Positions 7,623 through 13,961 of a stretch of DNA of 64,000 bases are shown here, in pieces. The notes under the pieces are model-generated. The model saw only the letters and a program-made list of their open reading frames with translations. It had not been told where the DNA came from and ran no database searches. Positions within the stretch are counted from its first letter, which is position 1; each line of letters begins with the position of its first letter. Source of the DNA: a virus; the IMG/VR virus record IMGVR_UViG_3300032093_000012, positions 103,476 to 167,475 of that record. One strand, given 5' to 3'. Position numbers and translations under genes: made by a program.

Positions 7623-7627
7623 ATTAT

Positions 7628-7702
<75 letters not shown>

Positions 7703-7715
7703 TTTTATAGGATAT

Positions 7716-7883
7716 ATGATGAATGAGTTTGTGATTGAAGTTGGTGATAAGCGTTTGCAAGTTCATGCAAACAATATGATTGAAGCTATTTACATAGCTA
7801 GATCATACAACCAAAAGCGACAAACTTATAGAGTAACAGATACAAAGACTGGAAAAACCGTAACAGGTATTCCACTTGATTAG
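7716..7883 (+). CDS. 55-aa hypothetical protein between tRNAs
   Basis: AGGA RBS; MMNEFVIEVGDKRLQV...GIPLD. Confidence 0.55.
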   Translation: MMNEFVIEVGDKRLQVHANNMIEAIYIARSYNQKRQTYRVTDTKTGKTVTGIPLD

Positions 7884-7886
7884 TTC

Positions 7887-7962
7887 GGGGCCATAGCTCA
7901 GCTGGGAGAGCGCTTGATTTGCATTCAAGAGGTCTGCGGTTCGATCCCGCATGGCTCCACCA
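7887..7962 (+). tRNA. tRNA-Ala(UGC)
   Basis: loop TTTGCAT, G3-U70, CCA. Confidence 0.95.
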
Positions 7963-8022
7963 ATAACGGTTAGTCGCGATAAATAGACTCGCGTGGGCCC
8001 ACGGTTAGCCCATAACAGTTTC

Positions 8023-8098
<76 letters not shown>

Positions 8099-8104
8099 TA
8101 TTGA

Positions 8105-8179
8105 CGCAGAGTGGAGCAGTAGTAGCTCGTTTGGTTCATACCCAAAAGGCCGGTGGTGCAATTCCATCCTCTGCAACCA
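8105..8179 (+). tRNA. tRNA-Met(CAU), initiator-like
   Basis: C1:A72 mismatch, loop TTCATAC, CCA. Confidence 0.85.
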
Positions 8180-8182
8180 ATT

Positions 8183-8333
8183 CACAGGGATGGGTTCCTG
8201 TGCGTCACCAACATCACCGATCGCACGGTCTGATGTTGGGTATAGTGACCAGCCACTGAGGTCTGGAGTGTGCGATCGTCTAACCCATAAAATCTGACAC
8301 GCGAAAAGGTGTCGCTGGATGGCAGTAACCAGC
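8183..8333 (+). ncRNA. unknown structured RNA with two potential pseudoknots
   Basis: five hairpins; two loops have perfect downstream complements (7 and 9 bp). Confidence 0.7.
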
Positions 8334-8342
8334 TATGTTATA

Positions 8343-8377
8343 AAACGGCTAATAGTAGCAAATATTAGTAGCCGTTT
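8343..8377. other. hairpin (processing or termination element)
   Basis: AAACGGCTA...TAGCCGTTT inverted repeat. Confidence 0.45.
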
Positions 8378-8388
8378 CATAACATATT

Positions 8389-8465
8389 GGCCTCGTAGCT
8401 CAGTTGGTTAGAGTGCCAGCCTGTCACGCTGGAAGTCGCCGGTTCGAGCCCGGTCGAGGTCGCCA
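8389..8465 (+). tRNA. tRNA-Asp(GUC)
   Basis: loop CTGTCAC, CCA. Confidence 0.95.
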
Positions 8466-8466
8466 T

Positions 8467-8542
8467 TCCGGAATAGTTCAGCTGGTAGAACATCAGACTC
8501 TGAATCTGAGTGTCGGTGGTTCGAATCCATCTTCCGGATCCA
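8467..8542 (+). tRNA. tRNA-Gln(CUG)
   Basis: loop CTCTGAA, U1-A72, CCA. Confidence 0.9.
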
Positions 8543-8547
8543 AGCTT

Positions 8548-8624
8548 GGGGAAGTGCGCTGGAGAGGCAACAGCAGGGTCTGCAAAACCTTCGAATGTCG
8601 GTTCGAATCCGATCTTCCCTTCCA
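8548..8624 (+). tRNA. tRNA-Cys(GCA)
   Basis: loop CTGCAAA, U73, CCA. Confidence 0.9.
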
Positions 8625-8625
8625 T

Positions 8626-8702
8626 GTCTCGTTAGCTCAACTGAATAGAGCGTCGGTCTACGGAACCGAAGGTTGAGGGTTTGATTCCTTCACGGGACTC
8701 CA
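8626..8702 (+). tRNA. tRNA-Arg(ACG)
   Basis: loop CTACGGA, CCA. Confidence 0.9.
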
Positions 8703-8705
8703 TTT

Positions 8706-8780
8706 GCGGGTGTAGCTCAGTGGTAGAGCGTCACGTTGCCAACGTGAATGTCGTGGGTTCGACCCCCATTGCCCGCTCCA
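8706..8780 (+). tRNA. tRNA-Gly(GCC)
   Basis: loop TTGCCAA, U73, CCA. Confidence 0.95.
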
Positions 8781-8785
8781 ATAAT

Positions 8786-8862
8786 GCGCGTGTGACGGAA
8801 TTGGTATACGTATTAGTCTTAGAAACTAAGTTTTGCAGGTTCAAGTCCTGCCATGCGCACCA
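8786..8862 (+). tRNA. tRNA-Leu(UAG), short variable arm
   Basis: loop CTTAGAA, CCA. Confidence 0.9.
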
Positions 8863-8868
8863 TAAATT

Positions 8869-8981
8869 AGGTTCACTACAGCATATAGACATGATAATAG
8901 GAAAGTTCCGGTGTACAATTCCGGAGGACCTAAGGGTCTTAGTGTAATAGGCTAGCACGTCCTAACCTAAGTGTGAACCTG
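8869..8981 (+). ncRNA. array unit 1: Y-RNA-like, permuted tRNA-like core
   Basis: AGGTTCAC/GTGAACCT closing stem plus TACAGCA; inside: T-arm-like, closed acceptor-like, D-arm-like hairpins. Confidence 0.7.
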
Positions 8982-8990
8982 CATAGTTTT

Positions 8991-9109
8991 AGGCTATCTA
9001 CAGCATATCTTTCGCCTTGTAAGCCGTAGGTCGTTGGTTCGAATCCAACTAGGAGCTCTTTGCTTCTATAGCTCAGCGGATAGAGCAACGTAAATGCATA
9101 GCCTGTTGA
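8991..9109 (+). ncRNA. array unit 2: Y-RNA-like, circularly permuted tRNA-Thr(UGU) core
   Basis: AGGCTAT/ATAGCCT stem plus TACAGCA; anticodon loop, T-arm, closed acceptor stem, D-arm in permuted order. Confidence 0.8.
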
Positions 9110-9118
9110 AAATAAATG

Positions 9119-9146
9119 TTTACTTAATAAATCTTTATGGTATTAT
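9119..9146 (+). promoter_or_regulatory. internal promoter for units 3-5 and the DUF2828 gene
   Basis: TTTACT-N16-TATTAT with extended TG. Confidence 0.55.
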
Positions 9147-9162
9147 CAAGTTATAGAGTTTA

Positions 9163-9226
9163 AGGATCCGTACAGCATACTCGCCGTAAGGCACTTTTAT
9201 TGGAAAAAGCAAAGGGATCCTGTTGA
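9163..9226 (+). ncRNA. array unit 3
   Basis: AGGATCC/GGATCCT stem plus TACAGCA, GCC-GTAA-GGC hairpin, 3' GTTGA. Confidence 0.7.
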
Positions 9227-9231
9227 GTTTA

Positions 9232-9365
9232 AGATTGACCATACCGCAAAACATTTGACTCTTAGAGTCTTACAGCACTGATACAACTTTGCGAAGTTGT
9301 TATCCACGTGGATAGTTTCGAGGGTACACCACGTTAAAAAAGGAAAGTAGAAGTCAATCTGTTGA
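9232..9365 (+). ncRNA. array unit 4
   Basis: AGATTGAC/GTCAATCT stem plus TACCGCA; three internal hairpins; 3' GTTGA. Confidence 0.7.
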
Positions 9366-9369
9366 GTTT

Positions 9370-9426
9370 AGATTCAGTTCCGCATACATTACAGTCTCGA
9401 AAAACTGACAAAGTTGAATCTGTTGA
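9370..9426 (+). ncRNA. array unit 5
   Basis: AGATTCAG/TTGAATCT stem plus TTCCGCA; CAGT-CTCGAAAA-ACTG hairpin; 3' GTTGA runs into the RBS. Confidence 0.7.
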
Positions 9427-9441
9427 AAAGGAGAAAGTGAA

Positions 9442-10875
9442 ATGACTACTTTTGTAAATGCTGTTGTTAATCAGTCTGCTCGTACTGAGAACGGGATGAA
9501 GGCTCGTCAGAATACTGCTAACGCACTTACTGACTTGTTTTTCAAGATCGGTGCTATGCGTGGCCAAAACGTAATCCCTGCTTGGACTGCAGCTCGCGTG
9601 CAAGATCCTGACTTAGCAGCTCGTGTTGCTCTGTGGGCACGTGACGTTCGTGGTGGGGCTGGCGAACGTAAGATCTTCCGCGATATTCTTGTTGATCTCG
9701 CTAACACTGACGCTTCTCAAGCAGCTGCTTTGGCACATAAGGTTCCTGAGCTTGGTCGCTGGGATGACCTACTTGTTCTCGTTGGTACTCCAATTGAAGA
9801 AGTAGCATTCTTTCGGATCAAGTGTGCCCTTGAAGATGAAAACGGTCTCTGCGCAAAGTGGATGCCTCGTCAGGGTGAAGTAGCTGCAAAGCTGCGTAAC
9901 TATCTTGGCTGGACTCCAAAGTTCTACCGTAAGCGTCTGGTTGAGCTGACTAAGGTTGTCGAGACTCAGATGTGTGCTAAGGACTGGGATAACATCAACT
10001 TCAGTCATGTTCCTTCTGTTGCATCTGCACGTTACAAGAAGGCTTTCGCTCGTCATACTGAAAAGTATAAGGAGTGGGCAGCTGCGCTTGTTTCTAAGGA
10101 TCCAGAAGTGCGCGAATCTGTAAAGGTTAACGCTGGTGCAGTGTATCCTTATGATGTATTGAAGGGTTTGTATAACGGTTATCATACTAACTATGATAAG
10201 GCAAACTACGATCACATCGTAGCGCAGTGGGAAGCACTTCCTAACTATATTGGCGATGCAAGCATCTTGCCATTGGTTGACGTTTCTGGATCTATGACTT
10301 CATCTGCGGGTGGTTATAGCTCTAAGTCAACTACTACATGTCTTGACGTAGCTGTGTCTCTTGGACTGTATCTTGCAGACAAGAACAAGGGTAAGTTCAA
10401 GGATACGTTCTTGACTTTCTCTAGCAAGCCTCAGCTGATGCACCTCAAGGGTAATATCCTTGATAAGCACCATCAGATGTGCACTTCTAAGTGGGAGATG
10501 AATACAAATCTCCACGTTGCTATCCAGAAGATCCTCGATGTAGCAATCGAGGGTTCTGTGCCTCAGGAAGAGATGCCTTCAATGCTTCTTATCCTGTCTG
10601 ATATGCAGTTTGATATGTGTACTAATTATGACGATTCTGCTATGCAGATGATCGCTCGTAAGTATGCTGATGCTGGTTATGTCGTGCCTAATATCGTGTT
10701 CTGGAACTTGAATGCACATGACAATGTGCCTGCTCGTTTCAACGATAAGGGTGTTGCGCTCGTGTCTGGTTTCTCACCAGCGATCGTCAAGGGTATCCTT
10801 GCCGCTGATCTTGATGACTTCACACCAGAAGCCATCATGCTAAAGACGATCATGAGTGATCGCTATGACTACTAA
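9442..10875 (+). CDS. DUF2828-family protein with C-terminal vWA domain (TROVE/Ro60-like architecture)
   Basis: recalled family motifs RDVRGGAGER, GRWDDL, AKWMPR, YRK, VPS; MIDAS DVSGS and SDMQFD; AAGGAG RBS. Confidence 0.85.
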   Translation: MTTFVNAVVNQSARTENGMKARQNTANALTDLFFKIGAMRGQNVIPAWTAARVQDPDLAARVALWARDVRGGAGERKIFRDILVDLANTDASQAAALAHKVPELGRWDDLLVLVGTPIEEVAFFRIKCALEDENGLCAKWMPRQGEVAAKLRNYLGWTPKFYRKRLVELTKVVETQMCAKDWDNINFSHVPSVASARYKKAFARHTEKYKEWAAALVSKDPEVRESVKVNAGAVYPYDVLKGLYNGYHTNYDKANYDHIVAQWEALPNYIGDASILPLVDVSGSMTSSAGGYSSKSTTTCLDVAVSLGLYLADKNKGKFKDTFLTFSSKPQLMHLKGNILDKHHQMCTSKWEMNTNLHVAIQKILDVAIEGSVPQEEMPSMLLILSDMQFDMCTNYDDSAMQMIARKYADAGYVVPNIVFWNLNAHDNVPARFNDKGVALVSGFSPAIVKGILAADLDDFTPEAIMLKTIMSDRYDY

Positions 10876-10999
10876 ATGATGAGAGTTACGGCTCTTATTG
10901 TATGATCTAAGTACTAATTCTACGATCGGGTCGCGCGTAAGTTTCGTAGTACAGTCGCAATCTTAGACAACATTCGAGGTGACACGTGAGCCTCAGCAT

Positions 11000-11090
11000 G
11001 GGTGGGCTGCAGAGACGGTGGTTCTGCGACGGACTGTAAATCCGTTCCCTAAGGGTAACACTGGAGGTTCGAATCCTTCCCCACCTACCA
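11000..11090 (+). tRNA. tRNA-Tyr(GUA)
   Basis: loop CTGTAAA, long variable arm, CCA. Confidence 0.9.
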
Positions 11091-11091
11091 T

Positions 11092-11168
11092 GCCGTTGGG
11101 TCGGTAGTGGCTATCGAGACGGTTTCATACACCGTTTAAAGTTGTTTCGAGTACAACCCTCGGCACCA
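11092..11168 (+). tRNA. tRNA-CAU (elongator Met or Ile2), mismatched acceptor stem
   Basis: loop TTCATAC, T-arm GTTGT-TTCGAGT-ACAAC, CCA. Confidence 0.7.
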
Positions 11169-11174
11169 GTTTCT

Positions 11175-11332
11175 TGACGCATAGCTCAGAGGTAGAGCAA
11201 TAAAAGCAAAAAGAGCACTGCGACCCAGCTAGTGAAGGGGCTGTCCTGATAAGACAGTAGCAGCGAGGGGCGGAACCTCGGCGGTGCACCATAAGACAGG
11301 GGTGGAAGGATCGTTACCTTCTGCGCCAACCA
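11175..11332 (+). pseudogene. interrupted tRNA (Ile-like) whose two halves flank an intact tRNA-Ile
   Basis: 5' half TGACGCA-TAGCTCAGAGGTAGAGCA; 3' half ATAAGACAG...GAAGGATCGTTACCTTC-TGCGCCA-A-CCA. Confidence 0.7.
11215..11291 (+). tRNA. tRNA-Ile(GAU), atypical T-loop
   Basis: GCACTGC/GCGGTGC acceptor, loop CTGATAA, T-loop GGCGGAA, CCA. Confidence 0.75.
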
Positions 11333-11368
11333 TTTACATAAATATTTTTTTATGTAGGAGTATTTTAG

Positions 11369-11989
11369 ATGGAAGATTTTTTAAACGCTGTTGAGAGCAG
11401 TCAACACTGTCAAAGAAATTGGGACTTAAGTAGAGAGATTGATCCAGAACATATCAAGATATTTGAAGAAGTAGTAAAGAATGTACCTAGTAAACAAAAC
11501 ATAGCTTATTATAAAGTACATTTTATTACTAACAGAAATATTATTGAAGAAATATATCAATGGACAATGACTGAGAGCTCTGAAGACACAGACTTTTATA
11601 ATCCTCAAGTATTAGCAAATTTGCTTGTAGCATTTGAAGCACATTGGGATACAAGCAAAGATGGAAGAGGTGAACGTATAATCGAAAGAACTATAAAAAC
11701 TATAGATTATAATGGATACACTATCAACGTTGATAGACATCAATCAATAGGAATAGCTTCAGGTGTTCTAGCTTTGATAGCAAACTATCTTGGTTATAAG
11801 ACTGGTTTTTGCAGATGTTTTAAACAAGATCCAGTTAATAACATAATTAAATCTGAAAATAATATTGATATGCTATTAGGAATAGGATATCCTAAAAATG
11901 ATAAACCACATACTGTACATCATATGTTAAGTATGGTAAATGTAGAACCAATTCCTAAAACTGAGATACCTATAATTAAGCTACCTTAG
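11369..11989 (+). CDS. nitroreductase-family protein
   Basis: CQRNW, PSKQN, LGYKTGFC and IGYP motifs. Confidence 0.75.
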   Translation: MEDFLNAVESSQHCQRNWDLSREIDPEHIKIFEEVVKNVPSKQNIAYYKVHFITNRNIIEEIYQWTMTESSEDTDFYNPQVLANLLVAFEAHWDTSKDGRGERIIERTIKTIDYNGYTINVDRHQSIGIASGVLALIANYLGYKTGFCRCFKQDPVNNIIKSENNIDMLLGIGYPKNDKPHTVHHMLSMVNVEPIPKTEIPIIKLP

Positions 11990-12055
11990 TGTAATTGGAA
12001 AGCACCCGGTGTTGTGGACGCCGGAGTTCAAGTTCGAATCTTGGAGGTAGTACCA
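11980..12055 (+). tRNA. tRNA-His(GUG) lacking G-1, with A73
   Basis: loop TTGTGGA, ACCA end; overlaps the upstream stop codon. Confidence 0.85.
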
Positions 12056-12071
12056 TATAAATAAAATATAA

Positions 12072-12148
<77 letters not shown>

Positions 12149-12152
12149 ATAT

Positions 12153-12228
12153 GCCGACTTGGTGAAGGTGGTCCTCACGCTAGTCTGAAGAACTAGAGAA
12201 CCTCGATCGAAACGAGGAGTCGGCACCA
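12153..12228 (+). tRNA. tRNA-Phe(GAA)
   Basis: loop CTGAAGA, T-loop ATCGAAA, CCA. Confidence 0.85.
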
Positions 12229-12232
12229 TAAT

Positions 12233-12318
12233 GGAGCGTGGGCAGGATGGTAATGCAGCGGTTTGCTAAACCGTGCAACCGCAAGGTTGAATTGGTTCGA
12301 TTCCAATACGCTCCGCCA
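12233..12318 (+). tRNA. tRNA-Ser(GCU)
   Basis: loop TTGCTAA, long variable arm, CCA. Confidence 0.9.
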
Positions 12319-12330
12319 TAAATAAGAAAT

Positions 12331-12404
12331 ATCGGTGAAGTGTTACGGTAGCACATCAGTCTCCAAAACTGAGGGCGAAGGTTCGACTCCTTCCACCGGT
12401 GCCA
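12331..12404 (+). tRNA. tRNA-Trp(CCA)
   Basis: loop CTCCAAA, CCA. Confidence 0.9.
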
Positions 12405-12421
12405 TTTAAAAGGGGCATCAC

Positions 12422-12844
12422 ATGTTAGAATGCATGATTCTAGGTGATAGCATTGCTGTTGGTATAGCACAGCACAAAAAAGAGTGTGTGAGTATTACGC
12501 GTGTCGGTATAACAAGCCATAAATGGTATAGCGAGTTTATTGAAAACCCTACTTATAATAAAAAATATAGAGTCGTAGTCATTAGTCTAAGTACTAATGA
12601 TTTTAAGAACATGTCTCCACATTCTACTGAAGAATTTTTATATAATATTAGGAAGAGAGCTAACGCTCAACTGGTTATCTGGATTCTTCCTAATCCAATT
12701 TTGAAACCAAACCAACATAAAGTTATTAAAGAACTAGCTAAAGAATTTGGTGATAAAACACTTGAAACTCTTAATCATGTTGGGTATGATTCTATCCATC
12801 CTACTGTTGAAGGCTATAAAGAATTAGCAAAGAATATAAAATGA
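12422..12844 (+). CDS. SGNH/GDSL hydrolase
   Basis: ILGDSI, STND, DSIHPT motifs. Confidence 0.75.
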   Translation: MLECMILGDSIAVGIAQHKKECVSITRVGITSHKWYSEFIENPTYNKKYRVVVISLSTNDFKNMSPHSTEEFLYNIRKRANAQLVIWILPNPILKPNQHKVIKELAKEFGDKTLETLNHVGYDSIHPTVEGYKELAKNIK

Positions 12845-13068
12845 ATCATGTTTTCTATATTAAGTGGTGTAGTGCTATAATTATATTATGTGCTATGGTT
12901 TTACACGTATTAGGTATAACTCCATATAATTCAATCCTACAACTTTTTGGAGCTGCAGGATGGACATATGTAGGTTATCGATGGAATGAAAAAGCAATCA
13001 TAGTAAATTTCTTACCACAATTTTTTATTATTATTCCCGGTCTGATATACCTTTTGTTTTATCGTTAA
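12841..13068 (+). CDS. small membrane protein (about 3 TM helices)
   Basis: hydrophobic segments, ATGA overlap. Confidence 0.7.
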   Translation: MNHVFYIKWCSAIIILCAMVLHVLGITPYNSILQLFGAAGWTYVGYRWNEKAIIVNFLPQFFIIIPGLIYLLFYR

Positions 13069-13252
13069 GAAGCATTAAAAGAGCCTGTCTAAGTTGATTC
13101 TTAGCAGGCTCGTATTCTATCTCGCACAGATTATTTGCATAACGATAATTAGCATATTTCTTTTCTTCAAAGATCTTATCACTTGATAAAAGCATCTTAT
13201 CAAGAGCTGTTATGACTTCTTCTACTAAAACTTGATTATAATTGCTTTTCAT
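13031..13252 (-). CDS. hypothetical protein
   Basis: last ORF of the minus-strand operon. Confidence 0.55.
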   Translation of the reverse strand: MKSNYNQVLVEEVITALDKMLLSSDKIFEEKKYANYRYANNLCEIEYEPAKNQLRQALLMLLNDKTKGISDRE

Positions 13253-13961
13253 ATATTTTCAATGCCTCCAAACGGTTTTGACTATATTCAAAAAACATTC
13301 TTCTTACTGTGTTTTCATCTTCTACTTCGTATAATGATTTAAACTGTTTTATAAAAGAATCATAGTCTTGATTTAAAATATACTTTGTTATTGGAAATTT
13401 TATTACTTGATTTTTATATTCTAATAAAATTTCATTAACTTTATTTATCTCTTCTGAAAGATATTTTTTAATTCCACGAATTTTTTTAATATTATATCCA
13501 TATTTTTGATAAAAAAATAAATAATAATGGCAAAAAAATGTTAATTTGAATGATTCTGCAGAATCATCATGTAAGATTAGTAATCTACTATGATGATTCT
13601 TAACAATATAATCAATTATTTTTTCAAAATTTTTAATGGAATTATTTTCAATTCCTGGAGGATGGATATTCATCCTAATAAATAATTCATTTTTAAAATT
13701 TAATTTATAAATTTCTATTTCTTCAAATATTTTATTTTCTTGCAATATCTTATATTGATTATGTGATATATTATTTTGTAAACCGTATAAACCATAAGAA
13801 TACGTTTTTATATCACATAATAACCAATCAAAAGTATTTCTTTTACTTAATTCAGCACCTAAAAAAGCTTTATGATTTTTACAAGTTTTACCTATTAGAT
13901 ATGATAACCAATCACCGGAACCACCACTTGAATATATGATGCAATCAAATTGTTGCATCAT
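13236..13961 (-). CDS. hypothetical protein (very AT-rich)
   Basis: long ORF, N-terminal SSGGSG. Confidence 0.65.
   Translation of the reverse strand: MMQQFDCIIYSSGGSGDWLSYLIGKTCKNHKAFLGAELSKRNTFDWLLCDIKTYSYGLYGLQNNISHNQYKILQENKIFEEIEIYKLNFKNELFIRMNIHPPGIENNSIKNFEKIIDYIVKNHHSRLLILHDDSAESFKLTFFCHYYLFFYQKYGYNIKKIRGIKKYLSEEINKVNEILLEYKNQVIKFPITKYILNQDYDSFIKQFKSLYEVEDENTVRRMFFEYSQNRLEALKIYEKQL

Noticed and set aside
8991-9109. ordinary tRNA gene or canonical YrlA
   Set aside because: Arms are in permuted order with no CCA, and the closing stem lacks the bulged-C Ro-binding helix of known Y RNAs.
8869-9426. CRISPR array or simple tandem repeat
   Set aside because: Units conserve pairing rather than sequence, lengths vary from about 57 to 134 nt, and no cas genes are present.
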